In this document: piece by piece, positions 32,340 through 43,521 of the stretch
Numbering within the stretch: position 1 is the stretch's first letter
Layout: the number at the start of each line of letters is the position of its first letter
DNA from: Nannocystis bainbridge
Lineage (GTDB): Bacteria > Myxococcota_A > Polyangia > Nannocystales > Nannocystaceae
NCBI RefSeq assembly: GCF_028368995.1
Contig: NZ_JAQNDL010000001.1
Location: 3,200,001 to 3,264,000, forward strand
DNA length: 64,000 bases
Direction: 5' to 3'
The notes under the pieces: generated by a model
Databases searched by the model: none
Told to the model about the DNA's origin: nothing
The model's input: only the letters and a program-made list of their open reading frames with translations
Position numbers and translations under genes: made by a program

Positions 32340-33647
32340 TCAGTTCGTCACCAAGGACAGTACTCCGAGAGTCCCCTCATGGGTGTAGCTCATCGTGAGC
32401 GACAAGACGTCGTCTCGGAGCGTACCGGAGAGCTGTTCGACTTGAATCATGGACAGCAGGGGCCCGACATCGGGAACTGGAATGTCCAGGATACTCGCAC
32501 CTTCCGCCCAGCCCCGTAGAACCGCCGAATCCAGGGGGAATGTCACGGACCCTCGCGCAAGGTACCACTCACCCTGCAGTTCCTCGGCGAGTTGGAAGTC
32601 CGCGCCCCAAATCTCATAAGAGTACTGCGCACCCGCCGCATCGGTGTAGATACCGATCACCGGTGTACTGTGCATTTCCATCGCGTCGATCACGAGATCG
32701 CACTTCGTCGCAGTGCAATTCTCTGCCTTCATGGCCAGATATCCCTGAAGACCAGTCTGCGACGAACTTCCTCCATCCGAACCGGCAACACTGAGCGTCG
32801 CCGTGAAGCTCTTGATCGACGAGTCGCCGCCCCACACGGGCATCACGTAATTGCAGAATGCTTTCCCGTCGTCCGGGTCATGGAGATGGACATGCGAGTC
32901 GAAGAAGGTTGTACTGCAGTCCCAGGTGTCTTGCTCCGGGAGAACGCTCTCATCCGAGAACAGACCGTCTTCACGGTTCTTGCGCTCCATCGCGCAGTCC
33001 ATTGCACACTCCATAGCAGCTTCCGATTTCGTGCCCATCCCACATGGAATCGCCGTTCCTAATTCCTGCCAGCACTTGCGGTGGTTTGCGGGATCCGCAA
33101 GGGCTTCTGCGCGCTTCATGGCATCCGTCATTTCATCGGTCTTCATGAAGTAGAAACACATGTCTCTGGCGCCAATTTCAAGATTCTCATCCCACTTACA
33201 ATACCAGGTCCCCGATTCCTCGGGCCCTTCGGTCTCGGTGCCTCCCGTCTCGCTGCCGCCGTCGCTGGTCGTGGGGTCGTTGTTCGGCAAGCTTGGAGGA
33301 TGGGAATTCTCGGCACAAGGCGTGATAATTTGCGCCTCGTTGTACCAATCGCAGGAGGCGCCATATTCAGCGTTCCACCCCCCGGGAACATCTTGTGGAT
33401 AATGGCCGAAATAATGATAAGCACACAGTTCCTCCTCGGTGTACCCTCCTCCATAGCCACACAAATGCGGCACGCAGAGCAGGTTTCCATCACAACTCAG
33501 CCATTTGGCCGTGAATGCATCGCCTGTCGCCGAGTCGGTTCCCCACCCCAGGGGACATCCGTCACAGCCATCACACGAGGCTGCAGCCATCGAGATTGTT
33601 ACGAATGCGAGCATGCGACGAGTTAAGAACCAGCGAGATGATGCCAT
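32340..33647 (-). CDS. Cys-rich secreted/lipoprotein of unknown function, atypical codon usage
   Basis: 435-aa ORF, AASC lipobox-like, many Cys, frequent A/T third positions. Confidence 0.7.
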   Translation of the reverse strand: MASSRWFLTRRMLAFVTISMAAASCDGCDGCPLGWGTDSATGDAFTAKWLSCDGNLLCVPHLCGYGGGYTEEELCAYHYFGHYPQDVPGGWNAEYGASCDWYNEAQIITPCAENSHPPSLPNNDPTTSDGGSETGGTETEGPEESGTWYCKWDENLEIGARDMCFYFMKTDEMTDAMKRAEALADPANHRKCWQELGTAIPCGMGTKSEAAMECAMDCAMERKNREDGLFSDESVLPEQDTWDCSTTFFDSHVHLHDPDDGKAFCNYVMPVWGGDSSIKSFTATLSVAGSDGGSSSQTGLQGYLAMKAENCTATKCDLVIDAMEMHSTPVIGIYTDAAGAQYSYEIWGADFQLAEELQGEWYLARGSVTFPLDSAVLRGWAEGASILDIPVPDVGPLLSMIQVEQLSGTLRDDVLSLTMSYTHEGTLGVLSLVTN

Positions 33648-33779
33648 GAGTCACTTCTACATCATATGATGTCTCTCTGTCAGCATGAACTCCGTGCCGA
33701 TTCAGTGGGTCGGCACACGGGGGCTTCGCTGAGTTCTCGTCGCGAGGGCTGAAGATTCGTTTTCGGTTGCGAGCTCCCG

Positions 33780-34126
33780 GCTTCTGTGCCAACTACGTCA
33801 CAGACCGAGACTGTAGCAATATCGCTCGCCCTGTATCCGACATCTGCGACCGGGGAAAAGCTCGGCGACTTCTCCAACGCTCGCAAGTACCTCGACCAGT
33901 ATCGGGCCTTCGCGCCGGACCCCAGACTCTCTATGAGTTCGACGACCCCACGTGTGGACGCGGCGTCGTCTGCATCGGCGCCGATAGCTACTTCGAAGCC
34001 TGCGCCGTCGAGTGCGACGACAACAGCGACTGCCCGCGCGAGGGCTACGAGTGCCGCATCATGCCGACCCTCGGCGTGCCCGACGACCCCAAATTCTGCC
34101 TCATGACCGACGCCCACGAGTTCTAG
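33780..34126 (+). pseudogene. Fragment of a Cys-rich protein gene carrying a TPR-gene-derived 65-bp segment
   Basis: Cys-rich peptide (FCANYVTDRDC...CAVECDDNSDCPREGYEC...FCL) with no convincing start; 33855-33919 matches the TPR gene. Confidence 0.45.
33855..33919 (+). repeat. 65-bp direct repeat, copy 2
   Basis: 64/65 identical to 30557-30621. Confidence 0.9.
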
Positions 34127-34409
34127 TGGATGCCTCCCTGCACCGGTCGGCGGCCCGCTGCAGGCCGATGCCACGAGCTGCACGCCGCGCATGCCGGGAC
34201 GCAGCTCGCCCCGTCCGTGAGCAGCCCGCACGGCGCCGGCCTCGCGCTGGCAGTGACTTCCAAGCTCTTGGTGTGGAAGTTAGCGCCACGCTCAGCGAGT
34301 CGTCGACGACGAGCGGTGATGGGGCAGAGCGCTGGCGCACCTGCAAGAGCGCGCGAGACATGCGCTGCCGCCGATGAAAATGCCCGCGGCCGGCGCTATA
34401 CTGCCAGCG

Positions 34410-35495
34410 ATGCGGCGCCTCGCGCTCACGATCCTCACGCTCGCGGCTTGCAACGACCGCGACGGGCAGGGTTCGGGCTTCAGCACCAGCATCACCACCG
34501 CGCCGCAGAGCACCTCGACTTCATCCTCGTCCAGCGGCGAAGCTTCATCATCGTCGACATCCTCGGCAGGCACGAGCGAGGGCTCGACCGCCGCCGCCTC
34601 GACTGGTTCGACCACCGCGAGCGGCGTCCCCGACTTCGGCATGACCCCTGACGGCGGCGACGGCCCCCCGCCCGGCTGCAAGGGCAAGGTCGACTTCCTG
34701 TTCACGATCAGCGGCTCGTGGACGATGGCGCCCAAGCAAGCGCGGCTCAAGGCCAGCTTCCCCGGCTTCATCGACACGCTCGAGAGCGAGTTCGCCGACT
34801 TCGACTATCACATCCTGTCCGCCAACACGGCCCCCTTCTGGGGCTATCCGAGCTGCGCGGGCTGTCAGGACACCTGCGCCGAGCTGCCCGAATTCCCGTG
34901 CGGCGTGGCGCCGCAGCCGTGCGACCTCGTCCGCGGCGCCGGCATGACCTACCCGATCGGCAAGGACGCCAGCAACAAGCGCTGCCAGCTCGACAGCGGC
35001 CTCCGCTACATCACCGCCGGTCAGCCCGACCTCGAGGACGCGTTCACCTGCATCGCCTCGATGGGCACCAACGGCTCCGATCTGGTCGCACAAGTCACCG
35101 TGGCGGCCCTCGCCGAAGAGCTGAACGAAGCGCCGGGCGCCTGCAACGAGGGCTTCCTCCGCGATGACGCGCTGCTCGTCGTCGTCGCCATCCAGGACAC
35201 CTACGACGACCAGGACAGCGAGGGCACTCCGAAGGACTGGCGAGACGCCCTGGTGGAAGCGAAGGGCGGCGACGCCGACGCCGTGGTCCTCCTCGTGATC
35301 TCGACCGATGTCGACGATCCCGAGGGCCTGTGCGGCTACCATCCGCAAGGTGTCGAGCACGAGCTGCGCACCTGGACCGAGCTCATGCAGCCCAATGCCC
35401 TGTTCGGCTCGATCTGCGCCCCGGGCTATGGCGACTACTTCGCCACCATCGCCACGATGATCAAGGCGCAGTGCGACGTGTTCGTGCCGCAGTGA
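34410..35495 (+). CDS. Myxobacterial lipoprotein with Ser/Thr linker and vWA-like domain
   Basis: LAAC lipobox, KVDFLFTISGSWTM, GFLRDDALLVVVAIQD. Confidence 0.8.
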   Translation: MRRLALTILTLAACNDRDGQGSGFSTSITTAPQSTSTSSSSSGEASSSSTSSAGTSEGSTAAASTGSTTASGVPDFGMTPDGGDGPPPGCKGKVDFLFTISGSWTMAPKQARLKASFPGFIDTLESEFADFDYHILSANTAPFWGYPSCAGCQDTCAELPEFPCGVAPQPCDLVRGAGMTYPIGKDASNKRCQLDSGLRYITAGQPDLEDAFTCIASMGTNGSDLVAQVTVAALAEELNEAPGACNEGFLRDDALLVVVAIQDTYDDQDSEGTPKDWRDALVEAKGGDADAVVLLVISTDVDDPEGLCGYHPQGVEHELRTWTELMQPNALFGSICAPGYGDYFATIATMIKAQCDVFVPQ

Positions 35496-35499
35496 AGCC

Positions 35500-37248
35500 C
35501 TACGGGTAGAGGCGCAGCGCGAAGGCCCGCGGCTGCAACGCGGCGAACTCGCTGCCCACCACGTACGTGTGGCCCCACGGGTCGACCGCCAGGCCCGCGG
35601 CCTCGTCGGGCCCCTGTCCCGGTCCGTTGCGGATCACCTGCCACGTCGGCGCTCCGACTGCCCCGGGCACGGCGAAGATCCAGGCGTTGGCGTCGGTCTT
35701 CGGCTGCTGCACCGCCCCGGCGATCACGATCTTGCCCTCTCGATCCTCACCGACCGCGAAGCCGACGGCATCGTTCGCTGGCGTCGGCTCGATCCGCATC
35801 GCCACCATCTCGCCCTCGGCCGAGAACCAGCGCGTCATCACCTGTCGGATCGAGCCCTTGTCGCGGGCCCAGCCGACGGTCACGAAGCCTCCGGCGCCCA
35901 GCGGTGCGACGGCCATCGCCCCGTCCTCGTCCAGCTGTTCGCCCGGCGAGGTCCACTCCGCGAGCGGCTCTCCGTCCAACGTGTGGCGCAGAACCACAGT
36001 CCGCTGGACGAAAGCCTGAGCGAGACTCTTGATCTCACGCTCGCCGACCACGACGACCTCGTCGCCGACGATCGCCACCCCACGCGCGACCTCGTCGCGC
36101 AGGTTCTGGGGATCCTCCACAGCCGCCATCGCGAACGAGCGCGACGCGACGATCTCTCCGGTGTCCGCCGCGACCCACCAGACCCGGAGGTCATGCGTCC
36201 CCGCGCCGGTCGTCAGCGATCCCGCGAGCACGAGCGTATCCCCGACCACCGCGAGCGCGTGGACCGACGTCTTGGCCGGCCCGGACCACACGGGACCCTT
36301 CGGCTCGCCGAACACCACCCGCGACACGGCCCAGCGCGTCGTCGGCCCGCTCGGTTGTGTCCACGCCACGAACGTCGCATCACCACCGACCGCCACCGCC
36401 GGCCCACGACCACCGCCGCTCGCTGCCACCGGGCCGAGCACGATCGGCCCGCCCTGCGGCAGCCCCGTCGTCCCGTCGATCCGCACCGCCACCGCCTCGA
36501 TCCCCTGATTCGTCTCGAAGAAGCCTGCCGTGTCGATCCCGTGCTTGCGCAGCGCCGCACTCGTAAAACCGCTGATCGGCCCCGCCTGCACGAAGGGCGT
36601 CCACGCGTCGCTGCCGCCGGGCTGCACGTCGATCATCAGCGGCGCCTCGCCCTCACCGACCCCGCCGTCGGCCGCGTGTGCCACGGCGCGGATCGTGTGC
36701 GGACCATCGCCCGGGGCCGCTTCAGAAGTCACCTCGAGCACGTGCAAGGGAGCTGTCGGCGCAGCCGCGAGCACCAGCGGCACATCGCCATCATAGAGAT
36801 CGATCGAGGTGACCGGCCGCGACGTCGAGACCGAGATCTGCACCTCGCCGACGGCGAGCGCCGGCGACGGGCTCACGAACACCTCGACCTCGATCGGAAG
36901 CACCTCCTCCCCGCCCGAGCCCGGCCCCTCGCCCGTGCCGCCCCAAGTTGTCGTCATCGTCACGCTCGACGTACTCGCGGTGCCACCCCAGGTCGTCGTC
37001 ATCGTGCTCGCGGTGCCGCCACCGGACCCGTTCTCGCTCTCACCGGAGCCGCTCGCGGCGCCCGACGATCCGGTCGAGCAGGCGTCGACCTCGGTGCAGC
37101 CGCTGGTGGATTCAGCCGAGGACGTGGCGTCCGTGCTCGGAAACAGCGCCTGGCCGCGATCCCACACGTCGTTGAAGCAACCGCTCGAGGACAGGACCAG
37201 CCCGCAAGCGAGCAGCGAGGAGCATGGCGCGGGGAGCTTCGGGGACAT
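35500..37248 (-). CDS. Lipoprotein with Ser/Thr/Gly linker, Ig-like and beta-propeller-like region
   Basis: SSGC lipobox-like; DGPHTIRAVA; repeated D.A.GVA...VVVG blades. Confidence 0.7.
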   Translation of the reverse strand: MSPKLPAPCSSLLACGLVLSSSGCFNDVWDRGQALFPSTDATSSAESTSGCTEVDACSTGSSGAASGSGESENGSGGGTASTMTTTWGGTASTSSVTMTTTWGGTGEGPGSGGEEVLPIEVEVFVSPSPALAVGEVQISVSTSRPVTSIDLYDGDVPLVLAAAPTAPLHVLEVTSEAAPGDGPHTIRAVAHAADGGVGEGEAPLMIDVQPGGSDAWTPFVQAGPISGFTSAALRKHGIDTAGFFETNQGIEAVAVRIDGTTGLPQGGPIVLGPVAASGGGRGPAVAVGGDATFVAWTQPSGPTTRWAVSRVVFGEPKGPVWSGPAKTSVHALAVVGDTLVLAGSLTTGAGTHDLRVWWVAADTGEIVASRSFAMAAVEDPQNLRDEVARGVAIVGDEVVVVGEREIKSLAQAFVQRTVVLRHTLDGEPLAEWTSPGEQLDEDGAMAVAPLGAGGFVTVGWARDKGSIRQVMTRWFSAEGEMVAMRIEPTPANDAVGFAVGEDREGKIVIAGAVQQPKTDANAWIFAVPGAVGAPTWQVIRNGPGQGPDEAAGLAVDPWGHTYVVGSEFAALQPRAFALRLYP

Positions 37249-37447
37249 CGGGGGCCTCGTGGGGCATTGGCGCAAAAACGCGCACAAAATGCAAGCCCCG
37301 CCCAGACGCCGCCAGAACCCTGCCTACGGGCCCCCGGGCGACGTGCCAGGGGCGGACCTCCTCGGCGAATGGGCCGCGGCGCACCCGATGATCGGCCCCA
37401 GCGTGGCCATGCGGATCTCCGCCCGACGCGCGAGCGCCACGTCGACA

Positions 37448-37517
37448 TGGCCATGAGAGCATGTCCATTCGGACATGCCCTTTTAGACATGATGCATCGA
37501 ACATGTCCTCTGACCCA
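37448..37517. repeat. Five head-to-tail degenerate 14-bp palindrome units
   Basis: Units start at 37448, 37462, 37476, 37490, 37504, each TG..N..CA. Confidence 0.75.
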
Positions 37518-37574
37518 TCGCGTCGTACTCTACCCGGACTGCGGCGGGACCTCTTCGCCTGTTCGGTGACTGTC

Positions 37575-37857
37575 GCAGCAGCGGCCGCGGGCGGCTCCAG
37601 ATCCGGCGGCGCCAATCGAGCCGAATCAGCGCTCCCGTTCGAACAGCGGCAGCGGCGGCTCCAGCTCCGGCGGCGCCAGTCAAGCCGACTCAGCGCTCCC
37701 GCACAGCGGCGGCCTCTGCTCATGCGGCGCCAGTCGAGCCGACTCAGCGCGCCCGCTCGAACAGCGGCAGCGGCTCCTGCTCCTGCGACACGCTCGAGCC
37801 GAATCAGCGCTCCCGTTCGAACAGCGGCAGCGGCGGCTCCAGCTCCTGCGGCGCCAG
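37575..37857 (-). repeat. Tandem ~60-bp copies of the 3' end of the 37804-39828 gene
   Basis: TCAGCGC (stop codon) recurs at 37626, 37690, 37744, 37804; 37616-37679 is 63/64 identical to 37794-37857. Confidence 0.88.
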
Positions 37858-39828
37858 ATAAGCCCCGTCGACCACCACGAACCTCGTCGTCGTCGCCCCA
37901 CGCTCGTTGTCCGTGTACTCGACCTCGAGCCGCTCTCCGCCGTCCTCCGTCACGAACCGGCACCGGGCCGCGCGCAGTTGTCCCGCCGCCGTCACCGAAT
38001 TGCAGACCTCGCCGCGCATCAGCAGCGCATCGCTGCCGGGCGACAGGCGGACATCGAAGTGGCGGCGGTCGACCAGCCGGCTCATGCGCGCATCGACCTC
38101 ATAAAAACGATCGGCGTCGACGAACGCCACCTCGATCGGCAGCTCGCGCAACGGGCGACGCGCCACCCACCAGCCCTCCGGCGCCGGCGACAGCGCGTAC
38201 TCGCCTTCGTCTGCGTCCCCTTCGATGCGCAGCCGCTCTCCCTTCGCCGAGATCGTCCAGCGCACGGGCGGCTGGCCTTCGCGCTTCGACCACGTGCCCG
38301 TCAGCGCCGCGCCCCTCTGCTTCGCCTCGCTCGCCGTCGGCGGCCTCGGCTTCGGCATCGGCTCGCGCACCGCGTCCGACCACGCGCTCACCAGCGCCGC
38401 CGGCGAACACGCGCGATCGGCCTCGAGCATCACCGGCGTCATCGCCGTGCACAGCCGCTGCGCCAGCGGCTGCGACGCGCACCGCACGACCTTCTCGCGG
38501 CTCTTCTGCAGGTAGTGGAGCCGCGCCACCGCGTCGGTCGGTGCTCCCGCGAACGCCAGCGCCGGCACCATCTCGTCCCATGTTCGCTCGGCCGCGAACT
38601 GGCACTGTCCCTCCGCGGTGAACGGCCCGGCGCGGCGGTCGCGATGCACCGCCTTGCGAGCGGCCAACCCGTCCGCGTACTGCTTCGCGACCACCAGCTC
38701 GCCCGCGAGTTCGCCGTCGAAGCCGAACGGATCGGTCGTGCCCTTGCAGACCACGCGCGGGGGCAAGAACGCCTCGCGGACCTCGCACGTCGCGGGCTCC
38801 GGTCGCCAGCGCCGATCCGGGTCCACCTTCCAGCGCACGCTGGTCCCGTCGGCCGCGCGCATGAACACCCCGCCGCTGTCACACACCAGCAGCTCGCCGC
38901 CGGCGCCGCGCCAGCCGCCGGCGACCTCGTAGACCGCGCCGCCGCGCGCCACCACGTTGCGATACGACCAGCCGGCCGGCTCGCCAGGCGCGCTGCGCAG
39001 CAGCAGCAGGCACGGCGCGATCAACTCGAACGGCTCTCGCGCCCCGTCAAGCCGCACCCGCACCGCGCCTTCGACCAGGCCGCCGTCGATCAGGTGACCT
39101 TCGAGCGTCGCCGCGATCGCTGCGAGGTCCTCGCCGAGCGCCAGCGGCGACGACCGCGACGCCGGCACCCGCAGCTCGGCGACGACAGCCTGCGGCGCCA
39201 GCTCCTTCCACGTCGGATCCATCGCAGCGGCGCGGAAGCAGACGTCGATCCCCGGCCTCGCCGCGAACTGGGCGCACACGACGAAGCCCGCCGGCTGCCA
39301 GCTGTGCTCCGGCTCCCCGTAGACCGCTCGCACGCGCTCCAGCGTCGTGCCGACGCCCACGCCCTCCGCGGTGGTCGGCACCGGCCCGACCGCCCGCAGC
39401 GACGCCACGCGCATCTGGGCCGGGTCGACGTCGGCCACGACCTGCGGCTGACCGTCCTGCGCGAGCGTCCAGGTCCCGCTGACGCGGAAGGTGATCGGTC
39501 TGGGCGCGCCGTCCTGCACGAAGGAAGCGCTGCCTTGTGAGCCGTTCGCCTGCAGGCCCAGCGCGGCGAGCTCCGCGTCGCGCATACCGAGGCGCAGCGG
39601 TCCCACGCCGTGCTCGTCGACTTCGTGCGGCCCGCGAGCACGCGCCGCCGCCGACGCGGGCGTCGATGCAGACGCGGGAGACGATGCCGTCGACGCGGGC
39701 GTCGGTGATGAAGCGGGAGACCTTGCCGCGTGCGCCGGCTGCGAGGCCGCGAGCGGCCCTTCCACGTGCGGAGCCGACGCCTCGCAAGCGAGGGCCAGCA
39801 GGATCGCAAGAGAAGCGAAGCGTCGCAT
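37804..39828 (-). CDS. Hypothetical lipoprotein
   Basis: LALAC lipobox, Pro/Ala/Ser linker, GVGPLRLGM and TAEGVGVGTT segments. Confidence 0.7.
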   Translation of the reverse strand: MRRFASLAILLALACEASAPHVEGPLAASQPAHAARSPASSPTPASTASSPASASTPASAAARARGPHEVDEHGVGPLRLGMRDAELAALGLQANGSQGSASFVQDGAPRPITFRVSGTWTLAQDGQPQVVADVDPAQMRVASLRAVGPVPTTAEGVGVGTTLERVRAVYGEPEHSWQPAGFVVCAQFAARPGIDVCFRAAAMDPTWKELAPQAVVAELRVPASRSSPLALGEDLAAIAATLEGHLIDGGLVEGAVRVRLDGAREPFELIAPCLLLLRSAPGEPAGWSYRNVVARGGAVYEVAGGWRGAGGELLVCDSGGVFMRAADGTSVRWKVDPDRRWRPEPATCEVREAFLPPRVVCKGTTDPFGFDGELAGELVVAKQYADGLAARKAVHRDRRAGPFTAEGQCQFAAERTWDEMVPALAFAGAPTDAVARLHYLQKSREKVVRCASQPLAQRLCTAMTPVMLEADRACSPAALVSAWSDAVREPMPKPRPPTASEAKQRGAALTGTWSKREGQPPVRWTISAKGERLRIEGDADEGEYALSPAPEGWWVARRPLRELPIEVAFVDADRFYEVDARMSRLVDRRHFDVRLSPGSDALLMRGEVCNSVTAAGQLRAARCRFVTEDGGERLEVEYTDNERGATTTRFVVVDGAYLAPQELEPPLPLFERER

Positions 39829-39973
39829 CGGCTCGCCCCAGCTTCGCCGATTTTACGCCCGAGACCGAGCCCACCTGCCGCGAACCGGCGATTCCGCTCG
39901 GGCTTCCCCCTCTTCGCACCGCCAGGAATTCACCCGCCGCTGTCGCCCCGCCGAACATCGTCTCCGAGCGGCA

Positions 39974-40043
39974 TGCCCCGAAGAACATGCCCGACAGCAC
40001 ATGCCCCGTGGGACACGTCCCGAGGGACATGCCCTCGCGGACA
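39974..40043. repeat. Five head-to-tail 14-bp palindrome units
   Basis: TGCCCCGAAGAACA TGCCCGACAGCACA TGCCCCGTGGGACA CGTCCCGAGGGACA TGCCCTCGCGGACA. Confidence 0.85.
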
Positions 40044-40047
40044 TGTC

Positions 40048-41634
<1,587 letters not shown>

Positions 41635-41787
41635 CTTCAGCTCCCGGCGCTCTTCAGCCTACACGAGGAAACCAAGTCGGCGAGCCCGCCGCAAAAAATC
41701 CGCGCCCCGCCGCCGTCCTCGCCGACCGTCCTGAACCGTATGCCAGCGGCGATGGAGCCACGATTGCGGACGTTTGCCCCGCCTGGC

Positions 41788-43260
41788 TCACATCTCCTCC
41801 ATCACCGTGTCGAAGCGGAACCCGCCCCCGTCGGAAACGATGGTCCAGCGGATCACCGGCGCCGTGGTCTCCTCCGTCGCCGGGTCGTAGTCCAGCTCGC
41901 CCGAGGCGCCGCTGACGTTGATGCTCCGCTTGGCCTTGAAGGCGGTCTTGATGCCGTTCCAGGTGTTCGAGACGATGTCGTAGGTCTCGCCGGCGCTGAT
42001 CTTCGTCAGCCCCTCGGCCATCGCCGGACCCTCGATCTTCTGCCCGTTCTGGAAGAACGACCAGGCCGCGCCGTAGATGGCCAGCCAGGTCGCGTCGTAG
42101 GTGTGCGACGCGTACGAGGCGTCCATCGCCTTCTCGGGGAAGGTCGCGTCGTAGGTGGTGTTGAAGAACTGATAGACCTTGCGCGCCGTCGGCTCGCCGG
42201 GGAACACGCCGCGGACGTTGGGGTACAGCCCGGCCGCCTTGGTCTGGGTCTGTGTGATCACGTCGACGTTGTAGGCCGTGTCACCGAAGAAGATCTTGAC
42301 CGCGGGGTCGGCATAAAACGGGTTGGCGCCGGCCGCATTGAGGAAGCTCGTGACCTGGGCGACGTCCGAGGCGATGAAGACGATGGCGAAGTCCTCGGGC
42401 CCGGCGTGCTGGTTGGCGATCTCGACGACCTTGCTCGGGATCTCGCTCGGGCTCTGGTACTCGTCGAGGGTGATCGTGGCGCCGAAGTTCTTCTGCAGCT
42501 CGATCGCCAGGCCCTTGCCGTAGGTGTTGCCCTCGTAGACGACGACGGCGTCGCTGACGGCCTCGTCCTCCATGTACTGGGCCAGCTTGGCGCCGAGCAC
42601 CGAGTCCGGCGGCGCGGTGCGCCAGAACAGCCCCGGCTTGTCAGGGTCGATGTCGCTGAGGCTGGGGCTGGTCGCCGAGGGCGAGATGATCAGCGTGCGC
42701 TCGGCGTGCTCCGCCTTGGCCAGCTCCTTGTAGACGGCCTCGGCCAGGCCCGAGGTGCCGGGCCCGACGATCGCCGGCGTGCCCAGCTCGTCGACCAGGT
42801 ACTTCGCCGCCGCCACCGCGGCCTCTTCGGCGGTGAGGTCGTCGATGCTGGGGTCCTGCTGGTAGTCGCAGTGGACGATGGCGAAGTTGCGGCCGCCGAG
42901 GCCGCTCTTGTTGGCCTCCATCACCGCGAGGGTGGCCGCGTTGACGAGGATCCGGTCGCCGGTGGTCTCGGTGTGGTCGAACAGCGAGCCGAACACGATG
43001 AGGTCGCGGGACTTGTCCGGGGCCTCGAACAGGTCGACGGGGTACACCTCGTCGCAGCGCTCGAACACCTCCGCCTTCTCGCACAGCTGCTGCTCCCCGC
43101 AGGCGTACCCGAGCCCGAAAGCACCCCGGCAGTCGGCGCTGCTCGAGCAGGGCGCGTAGTCGACGCTGGAGACCGCCGAACAGCCGAGAATCGCCGCGAC
43201 CGCGGCCCCCAACACAGGCGGGCCGGCGCGACGAGAGAGGAGGTGCTGCATCGGCGGCAT
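41788..43260 (-). CDS. ABC transporter substrate-binding protein (branched-chain amino acid type) with Cys-rich N-terminus
   Basis: ILGC lipobox, AIVGPGTS, ISPSATSP, FWRTAPPD, YDA..L, GASGELDYD. Confidence 0.85.
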   Translation of the reverse strand: MPPMQHLLSRRAGPPVLGAAVAAILGCSAVSSVDYAPCSSSADCRGAFGLGYACGEQQLCEKAEVFERCDEVYPVDLFEAPDKSRDLIVFGSLFDHTETTGDRILVNAATLAVMEANKSGLGGRNFAIVHCDYQQDPSIDDLTAEEAAVAAAKYLVDELGTPAIVGPGTSGLAEAVYKELAKAEHAERTLIISPSATSPSLSDIDPDKPGLFWRTAPPDSVLGAKLAQYMEDEAVSDAVVVYEGNTYGKGLAIELQKNFGATITLDEYQSPSEIPSKVVEIANQHAGPEDFAIVFIASDVAQVTSFLNAAGANPFYADPAVKIFFGDTAYNVDVITQTQTKAAGLYPNVRGVFPGEPTARKVYQFFNTTYDATFPEKAMDASYASHTYDATWLAIYGAAWSFFQNGQKIEGPAMAEGLTKISAGETYDIVSNTWNGIKTAFKAKRSINVSGASGELDYDPATEETTAPVIRWTIVSDGGGFRFDTVMEEM

Positions 43261-43451
43261 CTTATGCCAAAAAACCAGCGTCTTCCCACCTCGCCACCGT
43301 GACCCGGCACGCACGACCGTCAACCGTTTTACGGGCAACATCCGTGTTTACACCGTCGCGGACGGCTGCTCCCGTGGCCTTTGAGCCCCCGGCGGCGCGA
43401 GCGCGCGCACACGGGCGGCCGGCACGAACCGGGGCCGCGAGCCCTGTCGCC

Positions 43452-43521
43452 TGGCCTCGAGGGCATGTCGCGAAGGGCATGTCACGGAGGACATGTCAGA
43501 AGGGACATGCCCTCAGGGCCA
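43452..43521. repeat. Five head-to-tail 14-bp palindrome units
   Basis: TGGCCTCGAGGGCA TGTCGCGAAGGGCA TGTCACGGAGGACA TGTCAGAAGGGACA TGCCCTCAGGGCCA. Confidence 0.85.

Noticed and set aside
36935-37015. Short direct repeat encoding TMTTTWGGT twice
   Set aside because: Ordinary duplication in a low-complexity lipoprotein linker.
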